This document shows, one piece after another, positions 27,079-37,001 of a stretch of DNA of 64,000 bases. The stretch covers positions 129,341 through 193,340 of the forward strand of contig CBDEGO010000005.1 of NCBI GenBank assembly GCA_965237995.1. Direction: 5' to 3'. The stretch comes from Candidatus Poriferihabitaceae bacterium (GTDB taxonomy: Bacteria; Pseudomonadota; Gammaproteobacteria; Arenicellales; Poriferihabitantaceae). The notes under the pieces were generated by a model, which was not told the origin of the DNA, ran no database searches, and saw nothing but the letters and a program-made list of their open reading frames with translations. The translations under genes were made by a program, and so were the position numbers. The first letter of the stretch is position 1; each line of letters begins with the position of its first letter.

Positions 27079-27264
27079 ACTAAAAAGAAAATGAGTTTAG
27101 TTTAAGCCCAACGAAGAATATGAGGAAAAATATAAGCAAGTAGTCTGGGACAACCCACTAGCATTAGCAACAAAGCTTCCAATTAGTGGCTATACACCAA
27201 CATTTCCTCTCTTCATCACCAAGTTTAAATAAGAATTATGACTGTCTTATCTCAACGTTGAGAG

Positions 27265-28560
27265 TCATACAACGAGCTTCTCTTCGATTTCATTTACCAC
27301 CGATGCTATTTGCTCAGCTATGTCTGAAGCACCCACCAAGTCACCATAATACGGTTCAGCAAGACCCCCAATGACAAAAACACTGTTAATACAATTGCCC
27401 TGTGCGCTTATCAGTTGGCACCTGGAAGAAATAGTTAACCCTGTCTTATTTTTGCTTACACAAGCACCTCTTACCTCAGTCAACTTTGACACCAATGAGT
27501 TGAGCAGCCTTCGAGGTCCAGAGCAATTAATCACTCCATCGAATTTATCAATGGAGGAGTCTCCTAATTGAACTAGACTCTTTTCTCCGATTAGTTGCAG
27601 TGATTGAACTCTTTTGCCAGCCAACCGATAGCGCTTAGCGCTAAGTTGATGCTCCATAAAGGCGAACAAATCAGGCGCCATTCGATATCGGTGGATAAAC
27701 CAAAACTTGCGTAGTTTGCTATCTAGCCTCTCTTGCACTTTGCTTGAAAGCTTTGGCCACAGCTTCAGAAATTCACCCTTAAAGTCATTAAAGCCTACTT
27801 GCCATTCGTCGTATTGCGCAATTCCAGAGCGCATTTTCTTGATGAGTTGTAAGGCTTGCTGATTCGCAGATGAGCTTTTGTTAAATGATAAATCAAATGC
27901 ATCTTTTTCACCTAAAGGCGCGTCAGCCAGTGGAAATTTTGCCTGTTTTGAAAAGAAGGTAATTTTTCCCGTAAAACCTTCGTCTTCCAGTACAGCGGCA
28001 GCGTCGCAGGCACTTAATCCCGTACCAATAATAGCTAGTTCTTTATGTTTTGCTAAGCGTCTAATTGCTTCTACATCCCAAGGGTCATTAACGATTAAAT
28101 CGCTTTCTCCTTCGTGGAAAGATTTTGACTGCCCGTTTCCTAGGCAAAGGAATATCTTATTAAAACCCTGCGGCAATTTAGTCACCCACTCTCGCTTATG
28201 GGTAAACTCACCAGCATAACTTGCAATGGTTCTCCCCAGCAATTCTTGAATAAAATCCCCATAGACGTAGCGTGGTAAATACGTACGCTCTAAGAGATTT
28301 AGATCTAATAATTCTGGATTTTTCTGTTGTAGCCAAGCTGAAAACTCATGCTCTTCTTCCACGCCAATATTCATTCGAGTCGGAGGCACATTGAGTCTCA
28401 AATTGTCATCTCGGACGCCATAAGCCAAACCCAAGCCAAGGTATTCTCTCGGTTCATAAATAACGATCGAGCTTGGTGGGTTAGCTAATCGCATTAGATG
28501 AATGGCACACACGGCCCCCGCAAAACCGCCCCCAATAATGGCTATCTTCTCATTAGTCAT
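27265..28560 (-). CDS. FAD/NAD(P)-binding domain protein (YdhS-like, PF13454-type)
   Basis: N-terminal dinucleotide fold KIAIIGGGFAGAVCAIHL and second fold ELAIIGTGLSACDAAAVL. No specific function can be assigned. Confidence 0.6.
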   Translation of the reverse strand: MTNEKIAIIGGGFAGAVCAIHLMRLANPPSSIVIYEPREYLGLGLAYGVRDDNLRLNVPPTRMNIGVEEEHEFSAWLQQKNPELLDLNLLERTYLPRYVYGDFIQELLGRTIASYAGEFTHKREWVTKLPQGFNKIFLCLGNGQSKSFHEGESDLIVNDPWDVEAIRRLAKHKELAIIGTGLSACDAAAVLEDEGFTGKITFFSKQAKFPLADAPLGEKDAFDLSFNKSSSANQQALQLIKKMRSGIAQYDEWQVGFNDFKGEFLKLWPKLSSKVQERLDSKLRKFWFIHRYRMAPDLFAFMEHQLSAKRYRLAGKRVQSLQLIGEKSLVQLGDSSIDKFDGVINCSGPRRLLNSLVSKLTEVRGACVSKNKTGLTISSRCQLISAQGNCINSVFVIGGLAEPYYGDLVGASDIAEQIASVVNEIEEKLVV

Positions 28561-28689
28561 GCACCTACCTGCTTAGTCATTATCCTGAGAAAATGAGTTG
28601 TGGTAACCATTGTATTATTCAGACAGTTAGCTAGGAGATTATCGTTTCCGTTAAACTACAGACATTATAAAGAAGCCTAAGCTTGCATC

Positions 28690-29835
28690 ATGACTTATCT
28701 TAGTTACGACACCAAATATCCCGCAATTCCAGACCTTAAAGCCAAGGCAAAAAAGCGTATTCCTAATTTTGCTTTCGATTATGTAGATGGCGGAATCGAC
28801 CAAGAAGATGGCAAGCGGCGTAACCGAGAAGCTTGGCATACCCTAAACCTAGTGCCGCGTTATTTGAAAGACGTAACACAAGCAGATTTAAGCACCACAC
28901 TCTTTGGTAAAGACTATTCTATGCCGTTCGGCATTCCCCCTATTGGCTTAGGAAACATGATGTGGCCAGGCGCCGAATTGGCCTTGGCAAGCGCTGCGCA
29001 AAAGGTAAACATACCTTATATTTTAAGCACGTTCAGTACTACCAAACTTGAAGACATCGCAAAGGCCGCGCCTGACGTCTGTTGGTTTCAGCTATACGTG
29101 CCTAAAAAGATAGACGTGATGAAAGACATCTTGGCTAAGGTAAAAAACGCAGGCTATAACGCCTTGGTAATCACCCTAGATATCCCTGTCGGAGCCAAGC
29201 GAAATCGTGAATTGAAAAACGGCTTAAAGCTGCCTTTTAGCTTTACCCCAAAAATTGTTTGGCAATGCGCTACTCACCCAACTTGGGCACTGCGTATGCT
29301 TGCTGAAGGCCAACCAGATTTCGTTAATGTGATGCAATACAATGAAGGACTTAACGAAGGATTAGGCAAGTTCATTACTCAGTTTAATATGTGCGGTGTA
29401 ACGCGTGAGCGCGTAGAAATGATTCGCGACTTATGGGACGGGCCGTTAATACTTAAAGGCGTACAGCACGAACCAGACATGGTTGCCGCAAAAGAAATCG
29501 GCATTGATGGCGTGATTATCTCAAACCACGGCGGACGCCAATTAGACGCTGCACCCAGTACGGTCGAAAGCCTAAAAGCGTTAGTCGGTCATGCCAGTGA
29601 CGACATGACCATCATGGTAGACAGTGGCATTCGCACTGGCACCGATGTGGTACGTGCAAAAGCGTTGGGCGCACAGATGTCTTTTTCTGGACGAAGCTTC
29701 TTTTGGGGAATGGGCGCGTTAGGCACTGCGGGTGCAGAGCAAGTGATCGGTATTTACCAAGATGAAATAGACCGCACCTTGAAACAAATTGGGTGCGGAT
29801 CGATTAACGATATGGATTCAACTTGGTTAGGATAG
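28690..29835 (+). CDS. FMN-dependent alpha-hydroxy acid dehydrogenase (L-lactate dehydrogenase LldD-like)
   Basis: Collinear with E. coli LldD: FDYVDGG, WFQLYV, ITLDIPVGAKRNRE, ISNHGGRQLD, DSGIRTGTDVVRAKALGA. Confidence 0.85.
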   Translation: MTYLSYDTKYPAIPDLKAKAKKRIPNFAFDYVDGGIDQEDGKRRNREAWHTLNLVPRYLKDVTQADLSTTLFGKDYSMPFGIPPIGLGNMMWPGAELALASAAQKVNIPYILSTFSTTKLEDIAKAAPDVCWFQLYVPKKIDVMKDILAKVKNAGYNALVITLDIPVGAKRNRELKNGLKLPFSFTPKIVWQCATHPTWALRMLAEGQPDFVNVMQYNEGLNEGLGKFITQFNMCGVTRERVEMIRDLWDGPLILKGVQHEPDMVAAKEIGIDGVIISNHGGRQLDAAPSTVESLKALVGHASDDMTIMVDSGIRTGTDVVRAKALGAQMSFSGRSFFWGMGALGTAGAEQVIGIYQDEIDRTLKQIGCGSINDMDSTWLG

Positions 29836-29844
29836 TGATTCTAG

Positions 29845-31227
29845 CTACTTCGACAGCGCCTTAATGACTTTCTGCGCTTTCGCTATTTGATCAATACTCA
29901 ATTCAGAATAATGCGCGTGGCTTAGCTGCCTGAATACATCACTAACTGTTTCTAATTCTTCTAAGGATTGACGCGCTATTTCGACGCTTCCCTTCGCTTC
30001 AGCTAAGCCTCGACGTGCTACGCCTAAGTTCGCCATGGTCATCGCCCATGCCATTGGATAGGCTTCACGCGTCCACTCTTGCAGCGTATTTTCGTAAGCT
30101 TCAATGGCTTCTGTCATGATGTTTGCAGAATTATCTTCACGCTCTGCCAGTTTGTGTAATGCCGCACCAAGGTTGTTTTGGGTCATCGCCCATTCTTGAG
30201 AGAAACACTCTCTAGTGCGTTCTGTCAGCGCACTTTTGTAGGCGGCTACCGATTGCTCTAGGGTTCTCGGGCCTTTGCGTTGTTCGCCCAACAACCTTAG
30301 CGCAGTACCGAGATTATCTGCGGTGGTTGCCCATTGCTGAGGAACGGTTTCCCGCGTCCAAACCAGCATGATTTCTTTATAAGCATCGACTGCTCGCTTA
30401 ATCAATTTAGAGTTTTTGTTTCTTTGACCTGTGGCTTGCAACATCGCTGCTAGATTATTCGTTGTGCTAGCCCAATCATTTGGCACAGCGTCACGTGTAC
30501 GCTCTTCAAGTGCTTGCTCAAACGCCGTAACAGATTGGCTTAGCATCTCTAAATCATTTTGGCGGTGTGCTAAAGCACCTAATGAATTACCAAGGCTATT
30601 TTGCGTTTCTGCCCATTGTAATGGATGCGTCATGCGGTCACGCTTCGACAGTGAAGCTTCAAAAGCTTCTATCGAGTATTCCAAGTTCTTAGTGCCACCT
30701 TGGCGCTGGCCTAATATCGCCCTAACGCTGCCTAGCAGTTGCAGCGAGGCAGAATATTCTTGAGTTTTGTTCTCTCCTTGAACCAGAGGCATCACATCGT
30801 CTTCAATCAAATAGATGGTTTGTTGCAAAGCATTGTTATCACTGAATTCGCGCCCTAACTCCAACAACATCTGAGCGCTTTGCATATAATAATGCCACTG
30901 TGACTGACCACCCGAACCCACTTCATTAGCGGCTTGCATATAACAATCGGCTGCTTGCTGGTATTCAAGTTGCGTCGACGCCAATAAAGCTCGTTGCATT
31001 ATTTTTGTTAAGTCTTTATTACCCTCAACCGCGTCTTCACCCTTTTGCGTAATACTGCGCAACTGTATTAAGCGCCCGTAGGCTTGGCTCAATAACCCCG
31101 GTATTTGCGGTAAAGATGCACCTGTTGCTGATACGTAAGTCATTAAATGCTCGATATCGGCGTTATCCGCATCTAAGTTCTTGACGCTTAATTCAAGCTC
31201 CCGTTGTATATACGCTTGTTGCTTCAT
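29845..31227 (-). CDS. Tetratricopeptide-repeat protein
   Basis: At least five repeats of about 42 aa with the pattern P..WA.T.NNLG.AL..L....(N)..L..SV.AY..AL.E.TRE. Confidence 0.7.
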   Translation of the reverse strand: MKQQAYIQRELELSVKNLDADNADIEHLMTYVSATGASLPQIPGLLSQAYGRLIQLRSITQKGEDAVEGNKDLTKIMQRALLASTQLEYQQAADCYMQAANEVGSGGQSQWHYYMQSAQMLLELGREFSDNNALQQTIYLIEDDVMPLVQGENKTQEYSASLQLLGSVRAILGQRQGGTKNLEYSIEAFEASLSKRDRMTHPLQWAETQNSLGNSLGALAHRQNDLEMLSQSVTAFEQALEERTRDAVPNDWASTTNNLAAMLQATGQRNKNSKLIKRAVDAYKEIMLVWTRETVPQQWATTADNLGTALRLLGEQRKGPRTLEQSVAAYKSALTERTRECFSQEWAMTQNNLGAALHKLAEREDNSANIMTEAIEAYENTLQEWTREAYPMAWAMTMANLGVARRGLAEAKGSVEIARQSLEELETVSDVFRQLSHAHYSELSIDQIAKAQKVIKALSK

Positions 31228-31296
31228 GGGTTTGTTTGGCTCTAAACTATTTTTACTTGGAACGATGTTAAAAAGAAGCGAGAAGTGCGCTGCCTC

Positions 31297-31334
31297 AAAA
31301 ATAACAAAAGCGCCTGCGAGTTTGCCGCAGGCGC
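31297..31334 (-). terminator. Rho-independent terminator of aprMBA
   Basis: Minus strand reads GCGCCTGCG-GCAAACT-CGCAGGCGC followed by TTTTGTTATTTTT. Confidence 0.75.
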
Positions 31335-31395
31335 TTCAATTATAAAACTACTTGCAAGTTAGCGGATAAAGTACCCGCTTTATTGCGCGCTAGTG

Positions 31396-33228
31396 TTAGT
31401 CAACAATATGATAAACAGGCGCTTTTTCCATCTCCCATTCGCCAGACTCACGGTCACGACGAGAAAGAGTGAGTGAATGCCAGTTTTCGTCATCCAACTG
31501 CATATGGTCACCACGGTAGTAATAGCCCGGCCATCTAGTTTCTTTACGGTATAAAGTATGCTGAACCACACATTCAGAGGCAATCGCGCGGTGTTTAAGC
31601 TCCCATGCACGTTGTAACTGGTGTAAGTCTTCTGCACCGATGTGCTCAAGATCTTCGTGTAATGTCGCTAATAACTCTAAACCGCGAAGCAACAATGGCT
31701 CGTTAGTCATGTAGTTTACGCTGATACCGCCTGCGTACTCGTCCATGATCTTCTCAAGACGTTGCAGGCCTTGGATAGGCAATAAATAACTAGGCGAAAC
31801 CGTTCCGCCCGTGATTTCGTTACGACCAACGGTGTAGTTCTCCATAGGCTGGAAGATTTCTTTCTTGAAGTCTTCCATTTGCTTATCAGAGATTTTGATC
31901 TGCTCTTTACCCATGTCACGAACATACTTAACCGCCGCTTTGGCAGCCAAACGACCTTCCGTAAATGAACCTGATGAGAATGCGTGAGCGGTGCCGCCCA
32001 ATGCATCACCCGCACCAAATAAGCCGTCAACCGTCATCATACGGTTGTAACCCCATTGGTACTCATCAGGAGAAATATCTTCTGGACCAGAAGCCCACGC
32101 ACCCGAGCAAGTCGCATGCGAACCCATCACATAAGGCTCAGATGTGGTTAATTCAGGATTGATGTACTTAGGGTCGATATCTTGTGACGCCCAAACGACC
32201 GCCTGGCCGACTGTCATGCCTAAGAAGTTTTCCCAACCCACTGTTTCTTTATGTGGGTCTTGGAACGCCTCTTTGGTTACCATGTGAATCGGGCCACGGC
32301 CTGCTTTCACTTCTTCAATAAAAGCGTGGTTACGCAAACACGTTGGCGTTGGTTGGTGATCGATGTAATCACCTACCATGCCTTTAGTTTGCTCGTACCA
32401 TTTTGACTCGTACTCTTCACCATAGGCGTTTTGAGTATACGTTTTCAAGTGTAGGAAGTACGCGCCAACTGGGCCGTAACCATCTTTAAAGCGGCACAAT
32501 ACAATGCGGTTTTCCATTTGCGTCATTTTCGCACCCGCCATGATAGGCAATGCGTAAGCAGAAGCAGAACTCCAAGGCGCGTACCAAGTACGGCCCATGC
32601 CTTCGCCCGTTGAGCGTGGCTTAAAGATGTGCGATGCACCACCGGCACCAACAATAGTCGCCTTGGCGCGAAATACGTGATAATCACCCGTACGAACGTT
32701 AAAACCAACAGCACCGCCGCAACGGTTGTCTTTGCCTTCGTCCATCAAAAGGTGCGTCACCATGATGCGGTTGTAAATTTTATCCGCCGACTTACGTGCT
32801 GCTTCCGCAACGATTGGCTTGTAGCTCTCACCGTGTATCATGATCTGCCACTTGCCTTCACGCAAATAACGACCTTCATCATTCTTCATGAACGGGAGGC
32901 CCCATTCGTCGAACTTATGTACGGTTGAGTCAACGTGGCGAGCCATGTCAAATGCCAAATCTTCACGCACCATGCCCATCAAGTCGTTACGTGCATAACG
33001 TACGTGATCTTCTGGTGAGTTCTCATCCCACTGCATGCCCATGTAGCAGTTGATCGCATAAAGACCTTGAGCAACCGCACCACTTCGATCGATGTTGGCT
33101 TTTTCAGCCACCACGATCTTCATGTCACGACCCCAATATCTCGCTTCGTAAGCAGCACCTGTGCCGCCCATTCCGCCGCCTACTACGAGGATATCGCAAT
33201 CTTCGTATACTGTATTGATTTTACCCAT
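31396..33228 (-). CDS. aprA: Adenylylsulfate (APS) reductase, alpha subunit (FAD)
   Basis: CDILVVGGGMGGTGAAYEA...RSGAVAQGLYAINCY. 610 aa with full-length AprA character. Its start codon shares one nucleotide (33228) with the aprB stop codon. Confidence 0.9.
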   Translation of the reverse strand: MGKINTVYEDCDILVVGGGMGGTGAAYEARYWGRDMKIVVAEKANIDRSGAVAQGLYAINCYMGMQWDENSPEDHVRYARNDLMGMVREDLAFDMARHVDSTVHKFDEWGLPFMKNDEGRYLREGKWQIMIHGESYKPIVAEAARKSADKIYNRIMVTHLLMDEGKDNRCGGAVGFNVRTGDYHVFRAKATIVGAGGASHIFKPRSTGEGMGRTWYAPWSSASAYALPIMAGAKMTQMENRIVLCRFKDGYGPVGAYFLHLKTYTQNAYGEEYESKWYEQTKGMVGDYIDHQPTPTCLRNHAFIEEVKAGRGPIHMVTKEAFQDPHKETVGWENFLGMTVGQAVVWASQDIDPKYINPELTTSEPYVMGSHATCSGAWASGPEDISPDEYQWGYNRMMTVDGLFGAGDALGGTAHAFSSGSFTEGRLAAKAAVKYVRDMGKEQIKISDKQMEDFKKEIFQPMENYTVGRNEITGGTVSPSYLLPIQGLQRLEKIMDEYAGGISVNYMTNEPLLLRGLELLATLHEDLEHIGAEDLHQLQRAWELKHRAIASECVVQHTLYRKETRWPGYYYRGDHMQLDDENWHSLTLSRRDRESGEWEMEKAPVYHIVD

Positions 33229-33698
33229 TAGTAATAAACTCCTTGTTTGAATTTATCTTTAGCAATCGTACGAAGGCCAGCTTCTACGTTGATAACCGCT
33301 GGCTCATAGCATAAGTGTTCAGAGTCCACCATTTCTTGATCTGGCATTGGAAGATCACCAACCGGTTCAATCTTCTCACCCCAAGGTTGCGTAGTAATTG
33401 GCGAAACGAAATCTTTAACACGGCCATCACGGAACTTGATCTTCCAAGAGATGGTGCCTTTTTCTTCTTCGCGGCGAACTCGTACGCTATGCCCTAGTGG
33501 AGCAAAGTCGGCGTAACCACGCACGTCAATCGCATTTTGTGGGCAAGCTTTTACGCAGGAATAACACTCCCAGCAAAAGTTTGGTTCGATGTTTACAGCA
33601 CGACGATATGTTTCGTCTATGTGCATAATATCTGAAGGGCAGATATCTACACAGTGTCCACAGCCGTCGCAGCGTGTCATGTATACAAAAGTTGGCAT
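33228..33698 (-). CDS. aprB: Adenylylsulfate reductase, beta subunit (2x[4Fe-4S])
   Basis: MPTFVYMTRCDGCGHCVDICPSDIMHID...CWECYSCVKACPQNAI. Confidence 0.9.
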   Translation of the reverse strand: MPTFVYMTRCDGCGHCVDICPSDIMHIDETYRRAVNIEPNFCWECYSCVKACPQNAIDVRGYADFAPLGHSVRVRREEEKGTISWKIKFRDGRVKDFVSPITTQPWGEKIEPVGDLPMPDQEMVDSEHLCYEPAVINVEAGLRTIAKDKFKQGVYY

Positions 33699-33769
33699 TT
33701 TATTATTTACTCAAAATTAGTTAATGAATAATCAGCGTAGTGCGCCAATTGATCAGTTTATCGTGACGT

Positions 33770-34522
33770 TTAGTAATTCTTAGGTGCGGCACGCTTGATA
33801 CCTAAACCAAATTGCTCTGGTGCATCAGCTGGAGGTGGTAAGTTGTTCATGGTGCCATCAGCAACTGACAACTTCTTTTCAAAAGCAGCCGCTGGTTTAA
33901 AGAACATATGCGCGAACTTCGACCATGGCACGCCACCAAACAACACCGTAGCAGATAGGATAAATAGGCCAAATAGCACCACACCGCCAAAAATGGACCA
34001 CAGCAAGGCGAATGTGCTCATTGCCATTAGTGACAAGACGAATAAGTCGGCTTTCATTATTCTAAAAGGTGAATTGCCTTCTGCGGCGACATCAACGCGG
34101 ATACAAAACCAAAACCAGTAACAACCAACGGCCAAGGCCAATGCGCCCAAATGCCATAAGAACGGCCAAAGCGCTGAAGCGGTGTTACAGAACACCATCA
34201 CTGCCGTGGCTACGGCAAACACAATGAAGCCATACATAGTAAGAAGATGAGCAAGACGCCGCTTTGGATTGCAAAACTCAGAGGAAGTCAGCACTTCATT
34301 TGAAAGTACTTTAACAGCAATAGCCGCTTTTTCGCCGCCACTCACTTGTCGTGCACCATTTTTCTTAGCGCGTTCCATATTCTCAAAAAAGTATTTACCA
34401 CTCTTCTTGTGAATAACATCAAATATAGTGCCACCGATCACTAACAGAACCATAATAACCACATAGGTTTTCATGGCGCCTGCTGATAGGGCAAGTTCGG
34501 AAAAAGGATTGGTAGTCAACAT
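33770..34522 (-). CDS. aprM: APS reductase membrane anchor AprM
   Basis: 250-aa polytopic membrane protein (about 5 TM) directly upstream of aprBA, matching the known aprM position. The family call rests on context plus topology. Confidence 0.65.
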   Translation of the reverse strand: MLTTNPFSELALSAGAMKTYVVIMVLLVIGGTIFDVIHKKSGKYFFENMERAKKNGARQVSGGEKAAIAVKVLSNEVLTSSEFCNPKRRLAHLLTMYGFIVFAVATAVMVFCNTASALWPFLWHLGALALAVGCYWFWFCIRVDVAAEGNSPFRIMKADLFVLSLMAMSTFALLWSIFGGVVLFGLFILSATVLFGGVPWSKFAHMFFKPAAAFEKKLSVADGTMNNLPPPADAPEQFGLGIKRAAPKNY

Positions 34523-34768
34523 TAATTCTATGCTCCTAATTGTTGGATAATGAGCGCTTTATACGTAACGCTTCGGTTAAATAAAGTTTTCCGCCAAATT
34601 ACTTAGCGTCCCGCATTGTCGGCGAAGTGCTAGGCCAATTCAAACGGGTAATTTCATTGGGGCCGATAAAATTTATTTATGTTGGCTTCGGCAAAGCGCC
34701 TATCGCCACTCCCTTATCTGGTGTAATTGAAGTAGAGACTTGAAGCCCAAGTAAAGACCACGACTCTA

Positions 34769-35425
34769 TCACTCATTCAGTAGAAACAGCAACGAGCCGA
34801 CCATCAAACTGCTGTGTTGCGCAGACGGCTGGAATGCCTCTGCTTGATAACTTTGGTCTTCAACAAGCCCGTTTGTATGCGGGCGCGTGTTGAAAAAGTT
34901 GATCGGGACCGTATCGCAATCCAGACACTCAAGCACTTCGAAGTGCAAATGAGGTTCTGAGCTATCCCCCGTATTGCCGCTTAATGCAATGACTTCCCCT
35001 TGGGCAACTTGGCTACCGACAACAGGCATCACCCCATCTTTGGTTAAGTGATAATAGCCAGACACCTTATTGTCATCGTGTTTAACGATAAGATAATTTT
35101 CTTTCCCCGGCTCTCCGTTCCCATCGACAAAGCTTTCTTGTAGCTCAACCACCACCCCAGCCTGAGTGGCAGTGATTGCCGTGCCGATTGGCATATCAAA
35201 ATCATATGCATAAGCTTGATCAAACCCAATTTCATGCGATCCGTCAGTACAGTTTCCTTGCCCAACCACATAACTCTTCCCGACCGCATAGGGCAACGCA
35301 TAACCTGAGGTAGCTTGATCGGGGTAACCGCTAATGCACTGAGCATAGCTATTCAACGCTATTGCAAAATACATCAATGAGATTGCGATACAACGAACGT
35401 ACAATATTTGTATAAACATAATCAA
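34769..35425 (-). CDS. M23-family metallopeptidase
   Basis: HEIGFDQAYAYDF (HxxxD) and GNTGDSSEPHLHFEV (HxH) motifs. N-terminal signal/anchor; the exact start is uncertain. Confidence 0.75.
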   Translation of the reverse strand: MIMFIQILYVRCIAISLMYFAIALNSYAQCISGYPDQATSGYALPYAVGKSYVVGQGNCTDGSHEIGFDQAYAYDFDMPIGTAITATQAGVVVELQESFVDGNGEPGKENYLIVKHDDNKVSGYYHLTKDGVMPVVGSQVAQGEVIALSGNTGDSSEPHLHFEVLECLDCDTVPINFFNTRPHTNGLVEDQSYQAEAFQPSAQHSSLMVGSLLFLLNE

Positions 35426-35466
35426 TAAGCGACGCTTAACTAGCCAGACTCAGATAGTTCACCAAC

Positions 35467-36894
35467 TCACTCCAAGGTTAGGTAGTGTTCAATGCCGTCT
35501 ATCTTATCATCAAGGCGATGATTAACATAAATGACTGCTGTTGCGGAGCCAGCACAGATTTTTTCTATTAACGCAAGAACGAGTTGCCGATTCATGTCAT
35601 CTAAGCCCAGACAAGGTTCATCTAGAATTAGCAATGGCGGATGCTTAACCATCGCTCGTGCTATTAATAGTAAACGTTGGTCTCCGTAAGACAGCTTATT
35701 AAATGGTTGGTCGGCCCGGTCGCTTAAGCCCAGCAAACTGAGCCATTGGTCAGCAATGGCACGCTGCACATCAGAGCTTTTCGTATACATACCGATGCTA
35801 TCGTAAAAACCAGAGACAATTACGTTTCTAAGACTTGCGCTAACCCGATACTCCCACTGCAAAGCAGTAGACACGTAACCGATGTACTGCTTAATTTGCC
35901 ATATGCTCTCACCCTTTCCGCGCTGATAACCAAATACAAAAATATCGTTCACATAACATTGCGGGTGATCACCCGTTATAAGCGAAAGTAAGGCGGTTTT
36001 ACCACTGCCATTAGGGCCACTTAGTTGCCAGTGTTGATTGCGCTCTATGGTCCAATTGATGTCTTTAAAGATTTCCGCTTCTGCATATTTAACGCCGACG
36101 TTGGTCAACTTAACCAATGGTTGGCTAGGGTCTAATTCCGGCAAATTTGCCGACGGGTCAGCAGCAGGAATTTGCAAGTCCGTTGTTTTTAAATGCAGTA
36201 GTTGATACAGATCAGCATAGGCTTTTTCATCGCTGCGCTTCACGGTATGCTGAAGTTGCCCGTTCTCGACGTAAGCTATATCAGTAATAAAATCTGGGCA
36301 TTCGTCAAAGCGATTTAACACCAACACCATCGGAACGTTACCCACTAAGGTGTTAAGGTGGGCTTGTAAGATCGCCAACGTATTAAAGTCTAATCCATCA
36401 AATGGTTCATCCAACACCAGCAAGTCAGGCTTGCAGGCCAAGGCGCGAATCAACAAAACCTTGCGTGATTCACCTGTGGAGAGTTTTCTAAAAGCGCGAT
36501 CTAATAGCGGCGTTAAACCAAATTTCTCGACTAGCTGTTCTGCTAGGAGTGCGTCCTCGCAAACCGCAGATAACATCTCACTAACGGGCGTACCTTCGGA
36601 AATAACATCTACAATGTCTGCATCATCTTTTCGCAGCTCCGCAGCGATCAACTCAGCTTGCGCTTCAAACGACACCACACCCACCTTAGCCGGCAAGTTT
36701 TCAACTTGGCCGCTGACCACTTTCCCCGCGCCTGATAGTACCGCCGCTAAGGCCGACTTTCCCGCACCATTGGCACCGGTAACCATCCAATTTTGTTCAG
36801 GTTTGATCTCCCAATAAATTGAATGCAATGTAAAGCGCTCATCAAAATTGACCGTTAAATCAGCGAGCTTAATCGTAGCTTGTGTTTTTGACAT
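35467..36894 (-). CDS. modF: ModF-like ABC ATPase (two fused ATP-binding cassettes, no TMD)
   Basis: Collinear with E. coli ModF: GANGAGKSAL...LSTGESRKVLLIRAL...LVLDEPFDGLD...VLVLNRFDE and GPNGSGKTALLSLITGDHPQ...LSYGDQRLLLIARAM...LILDEP. Confidence 0.8.
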   Translation of the reverse strand: MSKTQATIKLADLTVNFDERFTLHSIYWEIKPEQNWMVTGANGAGKSALAAVLSGAGKVVSGQVENLPAKVGVVSFEAQAELIAAELRKDDADIVDVISEGTPVSEMLSAVCEDALLAEQLVEKFGLTPLLDRAFRKLSTGESRKVLLIRALACKPDLLVLDEPFDGLDFNTLAILQAHLNTLVGNVPMVLVLNRFDECPDFITDIAYVENGQLQHTVKRSDEKAYADLYQLLHLKTTDLQIPAADPSANLPELDPSQPLVKLTNVGVKYAEAEIFKDINWTIERNQHWQLSGPNGSGKTALLSLITGDHPQCYVNDIFVFGYQRGKGESIWQIKQYIGYVSTALQWEYRVSASLRNVIVSGFYDSIGMYTKSSDVQRAIADQWLSLLGLSDRADQPFNKLSYGDQRLLLIARAMVKHPPLLILDEPCLGLDDMNRQLVLALIEKICAGSATAVIYVNHRLDDKIDGIEHYLTLE

Positions 36895-36923
36895 ATCGCT
36901 AAGTAATAACGCGCTAAAGGTTC

Positions 36924-36958
36924 AAATACAAAAAAGGCCAAGCACGCGTCTTGGCCTT
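36924..36958 (-). terminator. Rho-independent terminator of ilvC
   Basis: Minus strand reads AAGGCCAAG-ACGCGTG-CTTGGCCTT followed by TTTTGTATTT. Confidence 0.75.
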
Positions 36959-37001
36959 TAATCGAAATAGCGCCTTCAATATTTGAAGGTGAGTGAGCGG
37001 C

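Noticed and set aside
31380-32928. ORFs 31380-31649, 31716-32030, 31965-32162, 32523-32714 and 32629-32928 overlapping aprA
   Set aside because: They are alternative-frame or antisense ORFs inside a full-length, well-conserved AprA reading frame, with no independent support.
35044-35346. 100-aa ORF inside the M23 peptidase gene; similarly 36350-36817 inside modF, 37330-37566 inside ilvC and 38911-39264 inside ilvY
   Set aside because: These are overlapping alternative-frame ORFs within genes that have clear family signatures.
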